From Macrostomum lignano (lineage: Eukaryota), in contig NIVC01003396.1 in NCBI GenBank assembly GCA_002269645.1, positions 1 to 64,000 of the forward strand: 64,000 bases of DNA, in the 5' to 3' direction. Within the stretch, counting starts at the first letter, position 1, and the number at the start of each line of letters is the position of its first letter. Position numbers and translations under genes: made by a program. The notes under the pieces are model-generated. The model was not told the origin of the DNA. It ran no database searches and was given only the letters and a program-made list of their open reading frames with translations. Positions 1 through 13,860 of the stretch are shown one piece after another.

Positions 1-149
1 TAGTAGCTTACTCAGTAACTTAAATGCATAAATTCAAATATTGCTTCTCATGAACCAGACAAGTATTAAATAAATGCGAATGGTCTCGGCCCCAGTCAAG
101 CCTGAGCACGGATGCGCTGGAGTCTCTGACTCCTGACATTTGTATGTTG

Positions 150-1350
150 GTGTGTCTGACATCACAGATACTGACATCTCTGACACCCCAGCTACTGACA
201 TCTCTGACACCCCAGCTACTGACATCTCTCTGACACCCCAGCTACTGACATCTCTGACACCCCAGCTACTGACATCTCTGACACACCAGCTACTGGCATC
301 TCTGACACCCCAGCTACTGACATCTCTGACACCCCAGCTACTGACATCTCTGACACAGCAGCTACTGGCATCTCTGACAAACCAGCTACTGACATCTCTG
401 ACATCCCAGCTACTGACATCTCTGGCATCCCAGCTACTGACATCTCTGACACCCCAGCTACTGGCATCTATGACACCTTAGCTACTGACATCTCTGACAC
501 CCCAGCTACTGACATCTCTGACACCCAGCTACTGACATCTCTGACACCCCAGCTACTGAGTGTCAGACATCTCTGACACCCAGCTACTGACATCTCTGGC
601 ATCCCAGCTACTGACATCTCTGACACCCCAGCTACTGACATCTCTGACACCCCAGATACTGACATCTCTGACACCCCAGCTACTGACATCTCTGACACCC
701 CAGCTACTGACATCTCTCTGACACCCCAGCTACTGACATCTCTGACACCCCAGCTACTGACATCTCTGACACCCAGCTACTGACATCTCTCTGACACCCC
801 AGCTACTGACATCTCTGACACCCCAGCTACTGGCATCTCTGACACCAGCTACTGGCATCTCTGACACCCCAGCTACTGACATCTCTGACACCCCAGCTAC
901 TGACATCTCTGACACCCCAGCTATGGCATCTCTGACACCCCAGCTTACTGACATCTCTGACACCCCAGCTACTGACATCTCTGACACCCCAGCTACTGAC
1001 ATCTCTCTGACACCCCAGCTACTGACTTTTTTTGACACAGCAGCTACTGGCATCTCTGACACCCCAGCTACTGGCATCTCTGACACCCCAGCTACTGACA
1101 TCTCTGACACAGCAGCTACTGGCATCTCTGACACCCCAGCTACTGACATCTCTGACACCCCAGCTACTGACATCTCTGGCATCCCAGCTACTGACATCTC
1201 TGACACCCCAGCTACTGACATCTCTGACACCCCAGCTACTGACTTTTCTGACACAGCAGCTACTGGCATCTCTGACACCCCAGCTACTGGCATCTCTGAC
1301 ACCCCAGCTACTGACATCTCTGACACATCAGCTACTGACATCTCTGACAC
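150..1350. repeat. 24-bp minisatellite (ctgacatctctgacaccccagcta)n, family A, locus 1
   Basis: Unit read directly; it gives the periodic MSVAGVSE / TDISDTPA / LTPQLLTS pseudo-ORFs. The same family lies inverted at 23905-27150. Confidence 0.97.
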
Positions 1351-1600
1351 ATTCTACTTTAGTTCTATCTTGTATTCTATTCTTGTTCTATCTTGTATTC
1401 TACTCTTGTTCTATCTCGTATTCTACTCTTCTTCTTCTTCCAAGTTTTCTGTGATTGGTAGGTCCCAATAACCATCCCTTCAGAGCACCGGTTCTCTTAT
1501 ATTCAACTCAAGTTCTATCTTGTATTCTACTCTTGTTCTATCTTGCATAATAGTCTTGTTCTATCTCATATTCTATCCTTGTTCGTTGTTCTTTTATGAA
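1351..1600. repeat. Degenerate ~22-bp pyrimidine-rich tandem repeat (ttctatcttgtattctactcttg-like)
   Basis: Several diverged copies directly after the 24-bp array. Confidence 0.7.
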
Positions 1601-1814
1601 TTCTAGTCTTCTTCTATTTCTCAATCTATGTGCATACTTTTAGTGCATGTGGATTAAAGGAAAGTCAAAGGTGGAAACGACTTTCTAATAAATCATTCAT
1701 GACGCTGGCAACACCTTGGTCAGTGATCATTCACTTTTAATATAAGCAATGTTTTACTTGGTTTTCTATTGTACACATTTATCGCACTTTTTGCTCTTAT
1801 TCTAATGTGTAATA

Positions 1815-2040
1815 AAATGGCGTTCCCACTTAAAATGAAATGGCGCCCGCTTAAAATGAAATGGCGCCCCGCTCAAAATGAAATGGCGCCCGCTCAAAAT
1901 GAAATGGCGCCCCACTTAAAATGAAATGGCGTTCCCACTTAAAATGAAATGGCGCCCCGCTCAAAATGAAATGGCGCCCCACTTAAAATGAAATGGTGTT
2001 CCCACTTAAAATGAAATGGCGCCCTGCTCGCTATGAAATG
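1815..2040. repeat. 21-22-bp minisatellite (aaaatgaaatggcgccccactt)n
   Basis: About 10 tandem copies read directly. Confidence 0.95.
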
Positions 2041-2724
2041 TCACGTCGCCCCGCCAAAAAGGAAGATAATATCCAATGCAAAGCAACGTAAAGATGAAGT
2101 TGACGTTGCGAGTTGCAAATAAAATTCAAGTAAAATGCGAGGTGCTGTACGAGTATATAGCCTATAGGAAGGTGCCGCAGGCAGCACAGCAGTTGGGTCT
2201 GTACGCGCGCCCATCTATAAAATCGGGAGTACAGTCCAACGTTATGCGCGAACGCAGCATAATTCAATTGTTAAAACTACGCACTGTGATATGTGCATTT
2301 ACTCATAATTCGCATAAATAGAGTAGTTGCAGGCTGTGGAGTGTGAAGAGTAGACTCACTCCTGCTTTCTTCACCTTCTTAAGTCTAGCTGTCTATTGCT
2401 ATCATGTTCGTATAATAATCTAGCAGTTTAATTTAAATTCAGATATGCTTTGTTTTACTTATTGAATTTGACTTTCCATTTAAATTTCAAATTATACAAA
2501 GTAAAAACAAATTTTTCAATTAAGTTTTTCAATTTTCAGTTAATAAACAATTAAAATGAGAACTTTCTGGTATAGGCCGGCTTCTCTGAACTGTAGAGAT
2601 AACAGAAAGTTTTATTGAGGGCGATAAGGGGGGTTCTGAGATTGAGGGTTGGGTTGCAAGACCTGCTAGCTATTGTAAAACTTGATAGAAAAAGGCAGTG
2701 GCTGCCGTCCCGTCCAACAAGCCG

Positions 2725-2790
2725 CCCACCACCCCAGCCCACCACCCCAGCCCCACCACCCCAGCCCCACCACCCCAGCCCCACCACCCC
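2725..2790. repeat. 14-bp C-rich tandem repeat (cccagccccaccac)n
   Basis: 4-5 copies read directly. Confidence 0.9.
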
Positions 2791-3469
2791 ATCAGAGTGC
2801 CTGTGCAGCCAATAGGAGCGGACCCTCCTTTCTTATAACTCAAAGGGTGGACAGCTATATAGAACCACCAGCACGAAGCCCTCTCCCTAGCTTATAACAA
2901 ACGGCCTTCGCTTCAGCCCCCCCATTTTCGGCCGTAAGAAAATAAAAAGACGCCAAACAAGCTAACACAGGCCATGCAGCACAGTTATCCAAAATCGAGA
3001 ATTAGAAGGGACCGGAGTGGTTAGTTTAGTGAAATCCTGTTACTTTAGTATTAAGCAACAATAATAACTCGAGAGTATCTATGCTTCATATTATATCCAT
3101 TGCCTTTAAAGTCAATCAATCACATGACGGCATTAGCTAATCGGATTCGACATTGTAGCTAATTGACGCAATCAACAACAAATCGAGCGACTAACAATGT
3201 TCGAGCCAGTTTTCTGCCTAATATTTCTGGTAAGCAATTCTTTTTTAATTTGACTTTGGCAGCATGTGGAGTCGTATGTATTAATCGTAAAGTTTATGCT
3301 TATCTTCTAGTTTAAAAAAGGTATTTTAAAAGTTGTTATAAAGTGTTAAAGATTCTTTAACAATGAATTTTTTCGGCGCAAATTTGTTTTCGAAGAAAGC
3401 TAGCCAATTATCAGTAGCACTGACCCACTGAGATGTTTTTATCCTGCTAAACTGATAAACTCTGCTAAT

Positions 3470-3800
3470 TTTAGCGCCATTTTAGCGTCGAATGGGAGAT
3501 TTTAGCGCCGAATGGGAGATTTTAGCACCGAATGGGAGATTTATAGCGCCGAATGGGAGATTTTAGCGCCGAATGTAAGGTTTTAGCGCCGAATGTAAGA
3601 TTTTAGCGCCGAATGTAAGGTTTTAGCGCCGAATGTAAGAATTTAGCGCCGAATGGAGGATCTTAGCGCTGAATGAATGCAAGATTTTAGCGCCATTTTT
3701 AGCCCTAAAAGTTTAGCGTCGAATGGGAGATTTCAGCATCGAATGTAAAATTTTAGCGCCGAATGAATGGGAGATTTTAGCGCCGAATGAATGGGAGATT
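3470..3800. repeat. 20-bp minisatellite (ttttagcgccgaatgggaga)n
   Basis: About 15 copies with gggaga/gtaaga variants. Confidence 0.95.
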
Positions 3801-4429
3801 TTATTCCATGCCCGCAATGTTTGCCATCAAGACTCAGTACGAAAGAAAGGAAAGGTGATTCAGTGCAGACGCGCGAACCCCTCCTAGGCCCATGCCCCTA
3901 GGGTCCGGTTTTGCACGCCTAATTCCTTCCAATTATGATGCCAAAAGGGTTATCGGAAAGGACTTTGTTTCTTCAGTTTGTGCTCAAACCCTCGTCTCAA
4001 GGCTCTCAACATCCCACAACACCAAATTCTCTTCCGCTGATTGAATACTCAACGAGTTCTCAATAAGCTCCCCGGCCCTTCATCACTCCCCAATCAATTA
4101 CCTCTCAGATGGATGTGCTCACGATCGACAGCGGTTGCCACTAACACTATTACTGGCATATAGTATATCAAGCGAGATATCCTACTACCCTCTAGACGTA
4201 AATTAGCTCGCATTGTCACATGCTATATGCGAGTTCTATAGAAATTCATGTCTCATTTCTTTACAAAAAAAGTTTTTGTGTGTCGTTGTAATTGTAATTA
4301 TAGTATTTTACAACGAGTATCTATGTAATTATAGTTTTTGTTCAGTAATAATATTTATCAGTCTATAATACCAGCCACGTGTATTAGCCTTAGAAACCAA
4401 AGGTAGATTGTCAATACAATCATTATATA

Positions 4430-5250
4430 CCACACGATTCTCAATTCCATGATTCTCAATGCCATGATTCTCATTGCCATGATTCTCAATTCCATGATTC
4501 TCAATTCTATGATTATCAATGCCATGATTTTCAATGCCATGATTCTCAATGCCATGATTCTCAATGCCATGATTCTCAATGCCATGATTCTCAGTTCCAT
4601 GATTTTCAATAATGCCATGATTCTCAATAATGCCATGGTTCTCAATAATGTCATGATTATCAATGCCATGATTTTCAATGCCATGATTCTCAATGCCATG
4701 ATTCTCAATGCCATGATTCTCAATGCCATGATTCTCAATGCCATGATTCTCAATGCCATGATTCTCAGTTCCATGATTTTCAATAATGTCACGATTCTCA
4801 ATAATGCCATGGTTCTCAATGATGCCATGATTCTCAATGCCATGATTATCAATGCCATGATTTTCAATGCCATGATTCTCAATGCCATGATTATCAATGC
4901 CATGATTTTCAATGCCATGATTCTCAATGCCATGATTCTCAATGCCATAATTCTCAATGCCATGATTCTGATTCTCTGATTCTGAATTCCATGATTCTCA
5001 ATGCCATGATTCTCAATGCCATGATTCTCAATGCCATGATTCTCATTGCCATGATTCTGAATTCCATGATTCTCAATGCCATAATTCTCAATGCCATGAT
5101 TCTCATTGCCATGATTCTGAATTCCATGATTCTCAATGCCATAATTCTCAATGCCATGATTCTCAATGCCATGATTCTCAATGCCATAATTCTAAACGCC
5201 ATAATTCTCAATGCCATGATTCTCAATAATGCCATGATTCTCAATAACCA
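4430..5250. repeat. 15-bp minisatellite (ccatgattctcaatg)n
   Basis: Read directly; explains the MALRI / MILNA pseudo-ORFs. Confidence 0.97.
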
Positions 5251-5769
5251 TTCTTTAGCTCATGTTGAAAAACTGTATGAATGCATAAAATTGACCCTGC
5301 CAAATCCATCCTGAATTGAAATTAAGTTGGAATTTGTTTATCTCAGCGAAAAAAATGGTGTGGTGGAATCGCTCACTGCACAATTGCCTCAATTCCCATG
5401 GGGGATATTGGCTGTTGTGATCAGTGGTGGGATACTTGGGTTCGATTGGCTTAATTTTATGCATTATTCGCCTCTACCATGACTCGTATGTATAGTTGAT
5501 GATAAAATGATACAATCTATACAATTGTGCGCCATCACTAGCGTTTGAGTTGATGAAATTAGCCCATTCAATGTAGCTTTTTTGGAGCCTAGCTTAATAC
5601 CCATCCATCACTGTCTGTAGGCCATTTTGCTGATACTATTTTCTATATGCTGCAGTTTTTCTACAAAATTTTTCGGTGCATATTGTATCGACTGCTAGGG
5701 CGTGTCTGTGCGCGTAACTATTAAGTTGTTCGATGTTGCGGTTCCTGCATACTTTTGTCGCTCCTCCAA

Positions 5770-7922
5770 CATTATCTCTGACCTTTTGTCGCTCTTCCAG
5801 CACCATCTCTGACCTCTTGTCGCTCTTCAAACACCATCTCTGACCTCTTGTCGCTCTTCAAACACCATCTCTGACCTCTTGTCGCTCTTCCAGCACCATC
5901 TCTGACCTCTTGTCACTCTTCAACCACCATCTTTGACCTCTTGTCACTCTTCAACCACCATCTTTGACCTCTTGTCACTCTTCAACCACCATCTTTGACC
6001 TCTTGTCCCTCTTCAACCACCATCTTTGACCTCTTGTCCCTCTTCAACCACCATCTCTGACCTCTTGTCCCTCTTCAACCACCATCTTTGACCTCTTGTC
6101 CCTCTTCCAACACCATCTTTGACCTCTTGTCCCTCTTCAAACACCATCTTTGACCTCTTGTCCCTCTTCAACCACCATCTTTGACCTCTTGTCCCTCTTC
6201 AACCACCATCTTTGACCTCTTGTCCCTCTTCAACCACCATCTTTGACCTCTTGTCCCTCTTCCAACACCATCTTTGACCTCTTGTCCCTCTTCAACCACC
6301 ATCTTTGACCTCTTGTCCCTCTTCAACCACCATCTTTGACCTCTTGTCCCTCTTCAACCACCATCTTTGACCTCTTGTCCCTCTTCCAACACCATCTTTG
6401 ACCTCTTGTCCCTCTTCAAACACCATCTTTGACCTCTTGTCCCTCTTCAAACACCATCTTTGACCTCTTGTCCCTCTTCAACCACCATCTTTGACCTCTT
6501 GTCCCTCTTCAACCACCATCTTTGACCTCTTGTCCCTCTTCAACCACCATCTTTGACCTCTTGTCCCTCTTCAACCACCATCTTTGACCTCTTGTCCCTC
6601 TTCAACCACCATCTTTGACCTCTTGTCCCTCTTCAACCACCATCTTTGACCTCTTGTCCCTCTTCAACCACCATCTCTGACCTCTTGTCCCTCTTCAACC
6701 ACCATCTTTGACCTCTTGTCCCTCTTCCAACACCATCTTTGACCTCTTGTCCCTCTTCAAACACCATCTTTGACCTCTTGTCCCTCTTCAACCACCATCT
6801 TTGACCTCTTGTCCCTCTTCAACCACCATCTTTGACCTCTTGTCCCTCTTCAACCACCATCTTTGACCTCTTGTCCCTCTTCCAACACCATCTTTGACCT
6901 CTTGTCCCTCTTCAAACACCATCTTTGACCTCTTGTCCCTCTTCAAACACCATCTTTGACCTCTTGTCCCTCTTCAACCACCATCTTTGACCTCTTGTCC
7001 CTCTTCAACCACCATCTTTGACCTCTTGTCCCTCTTCAACCACCATCTTTGACCTCTTGTCCCTCTTCAACCACCATCTTTGACCTCTTGTCCCTCTTCA
7101 ACCACCATCTTTGACCTCTTGTCCCTCTTCAACCACCATCTTTGACCTCTTGTCCCTCTTCAACCACCATCTTTGACCTCTTGTCCCTCTTCAACCACCA
7201 TCTTTGACCTCTTGTCCCTCTTCAACCACCATCTTTGACCTCTTGTCCCTCTTCAACCACCATCTTTGACCTCTTGTCCCTCTTCAACCACCATCTCTGA
7301 CCTCTTGTCCCTCTTCAACCACCATCTTTGACCTCTTGTCCCTCTTCAACCACCATCTTTGACCTCTTGTCCCTCTTCCAACACCATCTCTGACCTCTTG
7401 TCCCTCTTCCAACACCATCTCTGACCTCTTGTCCCTCTTCAAACACCATCTCTGACCTCTTGTCCCTCTTCAACCACCATCTTTGACCTCTTGTCCCTCT
7501 TCAACCACCATCTTTGACCTCTTGTCCCTCTTCCAACACCATCTTTGACCTCTTGTCCCTCTTCAACCACCATCTTTGACCTCTTGTCCCTCTTCAACCA
7601 CCATCTTTGACCTCTTGTCCCTCTTCCAACACCATCTTTGACCTCTTGTCCCTCTTCAACCACCATCTTTGACCTCTTGTCCCTCTTCCAACACCATCTT
7701 TGACCTCTTGTCCCTCTTCCAACACCATCTTTGACCTCTTGTCCCTCTTCAACCACCATCTCTGACCTCTTGTCACTCTTCCAGCACCATCTCTGACCTC
7801 TTGTCGCTCTTCCAGCACCATCTCTGACCTCTTGTCGCTCTTCCAGCACCGTCTCTGACCTCTTGTCGCTCTTCAAACACCATCTCTGACCTCTTGTCCC
7901 TCTTCCAACACCATCTCTGACC
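5770..7922. repeat. 31-bp minisatellite (cttcaaccaccatctttgacctcttgtccct)n
   Basis: About 2.1 kb with a homogeneous centre and diverged edge units. Confidence 0.97.
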
Positions 7923-9040
7923 TTTTTATAACTTTTGTATGCTCTCTGAATGATTGATATTTGCTTCTTATTTTTATAATAAATTTCAGGATCAATAAAG
8001 TGATTACGTGTTTCGATATTTTTGTTATAAATTTATGTTGGCCTGTTTAGAAATTGTTTCGCAAAAATGTAGCAAGCCTAGCAAGGTGCTATTTCTATTG
8101 TTTAGCCCCTTAAGCCTCTCGCAGTTAATTCTACTTTTCTTATTTAAGCATAAAATTGAAAGCACCTGTTTATCTAATAATTAGCATAATTGATGAGAAT
8201 GCCAGGAAACTATTCAAGATCAATGCACAACGTGCCATCAATTTTTACATTTTCCAGTTGAAAGTTGAACCCAAACCTTAGGGGGTTTGTTTACTTCCAT
8301 TGCCCTTTGCCATATACAGGTATGTATAAGCACTGGCCCCAGGTGCAATATGCCCTGTAGGAAATTATTTTCCAATTTTCATCACCTATGCCTGCCATGG
8401 AGATTTAACAGCGGCTGCATGTAGCTGTTTCCTTCCAACAACAGCAACAACAACAACACGACCCGTCATCGAGGCCTGTTGCAGGCTATTTGGGTACCTA
8501 TTTTATGCCTACAGGTTGCTAGTCATTTGCCTACCTGCACAGTGCACAACATTGCAGCAGTTCAGACCCTGTGTTTGTTATACGCTCAAGTTCCGCGAAT
8601 CTTTATAAGAATCTATCTACCTATCTACCTAGCTATCCGGCTTCGCTGTTGCTTTCACTTTTCTCTTTCGGCAGCATCAGCAACTTTCTTTCGCGGGGCT
8701 GAAGTTTTGGCAGAATTGCCTTCCCGTTCGGGTATCAGCAATTAGTTGGTAGGCGGGAAGGTTGGGCGTCGGCTATAGGATATTAGGGGTAGCGGTTCCT
8801 GAAAGTAGTCCAGCCAAGCCTCCCATTAGATCTGCTTCATCATCCTGATTGCTCCGAAGGCCTGTTTCTTCTATTTCTAAAAAGCCGCTCTGTCTGGATG
8901 GCAGACGCTATTACCGCGGCTTTGTGGTTCAGTACTGAATTCCTTCGACTGATTTTTGCCCCCGTCTTCTCTTCCACATCCGGTTTACGGTGCATCTAAA
9001 GAGGCTCTGTGCTGTCTAGCGCTGAGATTCTTTGCGCGTA

Positions 9041-12000
9041 ATGCTTGCACTTTTTGTTACCTGGGTGCGGTTGTATGTTTTTAAGAAAAGAAGAAAATCT
9101 ACTAGAAAAGTTCAAATTAGATTTTATTTTGTGACAGCTAATTGTGAGGGATCCATGGATGCTTTTGGTTTAAGGGTGTGACAGAGTAGTGGCGCAAGGA
9201 GGACGTTACCAAATGTTGGGCAAAAATGATGTCATACAAGGAACGCTAGGTTGACGTCACTAAGGACAAGGATAATGCCAGTGAGGAGCCTCAGAATGAC
9301 GTTTGAATGAAGGAGTGCTAGAGGGACGTCAGTAAGAAGTGCTGGAGTGACATCAGTAAGGAGTGCTATAGTAACGTCACTAAGGAGTGCTGGAGTGACG
9401 TCAGTAAGGAGTGCTAGTGTGACGTCAGTAAGGAGTGCTAGTGTGACGTCAGTAAGGAGTGCTAGTGTGACGTCAGTAAGGAGTGCTAGTGTGACGTCAG
9501 TGAGGAGTGCTAGTGTGACGTCAGTAAGGAGTGCTAGTGTGACGTCAGTAAGGAGTGCTAGTGTGACGTCAGTAAGGAGTGCTAGAGTGACGTCACTAAG
9601 GAGTGCTAGAGGGACGTCAGTGAGAAGTGCTAGAGTGACGTCACTAAGGAGTGCTAGAGTGACGTCACTAAGGAGTGCTAGAGGGACGTCAGTGAGAAGT
9701 GCTAGAGTGACGTCACTAAGGAGTGCTAGAGTGACGTCAGTGAGAAGTGATAGAGTGACGTTAGTAAGAAGTGCTAGAGTAACGTCATTAAGGGGTGCTA
9801 GAGTAAGAAGTGACGCTAGTAAGTGACATTAGTAAGGAAGTAAGGAGGGCTAGAGTGACGTCAAGAAGCGCGAGAATGGTGTCAGTAAGGACAAGGAGCG
9901 CCAGGATGACTTCAGTAAAAAATTGGCTTCAGCAGCAACAGTGACAGTGGTGGGCTATTGGGCGGCAACTTCAGAGTAAACATTTTTCTTTCTCACTATT
10001 GATGCTTTTTAGAAAAGCGACTAATGGTTTTAACATGCACTTTCTTACTGAACTGCCACACAGCTTCCAGTAAAATCAAATTGGTACAAATCGCTCTCAT
10101 CAATCACTTGAGAATAGTAGAGTTAGAGTTAAAGCAAGCTTGACATGGCAGCTGATTGGTTTTAGGGATAAGCTTTACGTTCTTTATATGTACGATATAA
10201 AGTGAGATGGTAGATAGGAGCAGCTTTTTTGAGACTTCGAGGTCCCCATGGGATCGAGCGGAGCTCAAACGAAATCCTAGTTAGTCAAAGATTTCCACAC
10301 TTTTTACAATTGTTATTTATGTACTCTAAAACTTTCAGGCTGGTTCGAAACAGTCAAAATCAAATAAAACATCAACATATCTTCCCTACCATTTACACTG
10401 AGTCTCTCTGACCTTAGCTTGTACAGAAGTTGCAGAAAGTCTGCAGACTTCATGTTTACAGCTTACTCAAATTTGGCACTCGATAAAGGTCGTGAAATTC
10501 CAAAAATCAAGAATCAAGTATCACATAACAAAACCAACCGTCTATAGTACCATATCTTAAATAGGCTTGCAGCAATCCTGTTTTGATGCCTTGACATAAT
10601 GCTACAAGTTCACTTGTACAGAATGCTCAGTAAATTCCCTACCAAATTTTTTTGAACTTCGCAGCTCATCACTGCAGCCAGTTTTGTCACGGGCAGCCTC
10701 ACCGCATGCGGCTACTGCATGTGCGAGCGCTCGTCAGTGTCCTGCGATTTCGGCTCAGTCCACGATCGAATCAAGCCAGGCTTCGATCTGTCGGATTTCA
10801 TACCGAATGCGGACAGTCTCAAACGGGTCGGCGTTGACCCGTCCAACTTTGAGGATCTGTACGTGAATTGCAAGAACAGCCGAGCTCTGGTGAACCAGAC
10901 TCTCTCTAGGGACATGCTGAGCCAGTTTTCCCGGCTCAAGTTGATCACCATCGTTCGGTGCGACCTAACCAGAATCGAGCCGGACGCATTCGAGGGACTC
11001 TACATTCTGGAAAAGTTCGACGCCAGCGACAACAACTTGGAGCTGCTGCCGCCAGCGCTGTTCGGCCAACGCACTCTGAGCATCCTGAAGCTCAGCGAGA
11101 ACCCTCGGCTCCGCTTGGATCCGCGGGTGTTTCGGGGTCTCACCCTCGAGCGTCTGGTGCTGTCGCGTTGTCAACTGACAGAGTTTCCTCTTGGCGCTCT
11201 GTTCCCTATTAGGGGACTTCGCGAGCTCACTTTGTCCGAGAATGAAATCCAATTGGTGCCCAGAGATGCTCAGGTGCTCATCGCCAATTTGACAATATTG
11301 TACTTGGACGGCAATCCGATTGAGTGCACCTGCGCAAACAGGTGGCTTAGAGAATCAGTGGATTGGGCGAAGCTGTCACCGTCTGTTAGCAGGGTAAGTG
11401 AGGCTGACTTCGGAGCTAAGAAGCTGTCGGAAAATCAGTCATGTTGATCCACTGCTCAAGTCAAAGTGCTCCTGTGCTCAATTATAAAGCTCATCTTGCC
11501 CAATGTTATTCTCTGCTCTATCATCGTTCTCCTGTACTCAATCATCGTTCTCCTGTACTCAATAATCGTTCTCCTGTACTCAATCATCGTTCTCCTGTAC
11601 TCAATAATCGTTCTCCTGTACTCAATCATCCAATGCTCCTGTACTCAATCATCGTTCTCCTGTACTCAATCATCGTGCTCCAGTACTCAATCATCGTGCT
11701 CCTGTACTCAACCATGGTGTATAGTATACTACTAGCAATCTTGCAAAACACCCGCAGATATCCAAGCTGCCCACCTGCAAGTCGCCATTCAGCCTGATGG
11801 ACATCGAGCTCACCAAAGTTGAGCCGTCGAAATTTCTCTGCCCGCCGCCTCGGATCTCCGGCGTTGACCTTCGCATGTCCTCAGACTCCGCTCTGTTGGA
11901 GTGCTCAGCAGACGGCGAGGCCAGCCAGTCTTTAACAGCTCAGAGAATCGCCTGGTCCTACCGGAACTTGGCAATCTCCGAAGTCACTTTACCAGCTCCA

Positions 12001-12708
12001 AACGGTCCCCGATTCGTCAAGACGCTGCGCCGTCGTCCGGGCAGCTTGAAGGATCAGCTGATAGTGTACGCATCAGCAACTGACGGTCACTCCGCATCTA
12101 TCAATGTCAGCCTGCGCTGGCCAACGAACCCAGCCGCGACAACAACAAGAATGACCCCGGCTCGGCTGCCAGCTGACGATGATGACAAAAATCCGTCCGT
12201 AGCGCTCATCCCCGAGCCAGTTGACGACAAGACCCGACCAGTCGATCGGCATGGCCTAAACCAATCCGATTACTACGCCGCTAAACAGTTCACTCTGCTA
12301 GAAATGATTGTCGCCGTGATTGGCACCTTCCTGACTACTAGTCTGGCCTTCCTGCTGTGCTGCCAGTTCGCCAGGTGGTATCGGAGACGCGACCGGAAGC
12401 GTTGGCTGCCTGCCAGCGCCGCTGGCTACGCTGGCGCGACCACCTACGGCTACAGCCTGCACCATCCGCATCAGACGGGCTCGCTGTCGCAGCACGAATA
12501 CGACGTGCCCCGTCTGGACCATCAGCATCCGTTGCATCTGCCGCCGCCGCCGCATCAGCAGCAGCAGCAGCCGCCAACTCTGCCGCTGAAGCTGCCATCA
12601 TCGGCTAGCGTTGTCAACGGAGGCGGAGGCGGCATTGTGGTCGCCACGGCCGCTAATAGCAACGAATTCTTGGACTTTAGCAATCCAAGATTGAAGTACA
12701 ATGTGTGA
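9041..12708 (+). CDS. Leucine-rich repeat + Ig-like single-pass transmembrane protein (LIG-type cell-surface protein), 3 exons, 567 aa
   Basis: Exons 9041-9064, 10665-11393 and 11758-12708, all phase 0 with GT-AG sites (TGG|gtgcgg, ttcgcag|CTC, AGG|gtaagt, cccgcag|ATA). Joining gives a signal peptide MLALFVTWLITAASFVTGSLTA, Cys-rich N-cap, LxxLxLxxN repeats and an LRRCT (GNPIECTC...W...PTCKSP...C). These are followed by an Ig-like C...W segment, the TM helix LLEMIVAVIGTFLTTSLAFLLCC, basic stop-transfer RRRDRKR and a cytoplasmic tail. Exon 1 is the least certain part. Confidence 0.9.
9250..9900. repeat. 24-bp minisatellite (gtgacgtcagtaaggagtgctagt)n carrying TGACGTCA (CRE palindrome), in intron 1 of the LRR gene
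   Basis: 15 exact TGACGTCA octamers counted between 9252 and 9863, most at 24-bp spacing. Confidence 0.95.
11480..11715. repeat. 21-bp minisatellite (tcatcgttctcctgtactcaa)n in LRR intron 2
   Basis: About 10 copies between donor 11394 and acceptor 11757. Confidence 0.95.
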
Positions 12709-12849
12709 TAAACATTTTGCTCACGTATGTGTTCTGTAGGGTTTTGTATCATAGACTCGGCTTAGTGGTTTTATGTTATACAGAAGCGCTTGTGGAGTTA
12801 TCCACGAATCTCATGCTCATTACAGAATTAGTGTGTACGAATCTCAGCA

Positions 12850-13860
12850 TATGAATCTCATCCCTGACAAGATAGAGACGAATCTCAGCCCTGACAAGAT
12901 AGAGACGAATCTCAGCCCTGACAAGATAGAGACGAATCTCGGCCCTGACAAGATAGAGACGAATCTCAGCCCTGACAAGATAGAGACGAATCTCAGCCCT
13001 GACACGATAGAGACGAATCTCAGCCCTGACAAGATAGACACGAATCTCAGCCCTGACAAGATAGAGACGAATCTCAGCCCTGACAAGATAGAGACGAATC
13101 TCAGCCCTGACAAGATAGAGACGAATCTCAGCCCTGACAAGATAGAGACGAATCTCAGCCCTGACAAGATAGAGACGAATCTCAGCCCTGACAAGATAGA
13201 CACGAATCTCAGCCCTGACACGTTAGACACGAATCTCATCCCTGACAAGATAGAGACGAATCTCAGCCCTGACAAGATAGAGACGAATCTCAGCCCTGAC
13301 AAGATAGAGACGAATCTCAGCCCTGACACATTAGACACGAATCTCAGCCCTGAAACGTTAGAGACGAATCTCACCCTGACAAGTTGGAGACGAATCTCAG
13401 CCCTGACAAGATAGAGACGAATCTCAGCCCTGACAAGATAGAGACGAATCTCAGCCCTGACAAGATAGAGACGAATCTCAGCCCTGACACATTAGACACG
13501 AATCTCAGCCCTGAAACGTTAGAGACGAATCTCACCCTGACAAGTTGGAGACGAATCTCAGCCCTGACAAGATAGAGACGAATCTCAGCCCTGACAAGAT
13601 AGAGACGAATCTCAGCCCTGACAAGATAGAGACGAATCTCAGCCCTGACAAGATAGAGACGAATCTCAGCCCTGACAAGATAGAGACGAATCTCAGCCCT
13701 GACAAGATAGAGACGAATCTCAGCCCTGACAAGATAGAGACGAATCTCAGCCCTGACAAGATAGAGACGAATCTCAGCCCTGACACATTAGACACGAATC
13801 TCACCCCTGAAACGTTAGAGACGAAACTCACCCTGACAAGTTGGAGAAGAATTTCACCCC
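12850..13860. repeat. 27-bp minisatellite (gaatctcagccctgacaagatagagac)n with higher-order variant blocks
   Basis: Read directly; a variant cassette containing a 1-bp deletion recurs near 13320, 13490 and 13780. Confidence 0.97.

Noticed and set aside
5425-5450. gggttcgattggc B-box-like word
   Set aside because: Spacing to any A box is too short and there is no tRNA structure.
8330-8460. Sequence ending in a (CAA)n tract suggesting a retroposon tail
   Set aside because: No second copy in the window, no TSD and no coding or Pol III motifs.
12286-12320. KQFTLLEMIVAV resembles the prepilin N-terminal methylation motif
   Set aside because: It is internal, lacks the required Gly before Phe, and is simply the start of the TM helix of a eukaryotic protein.
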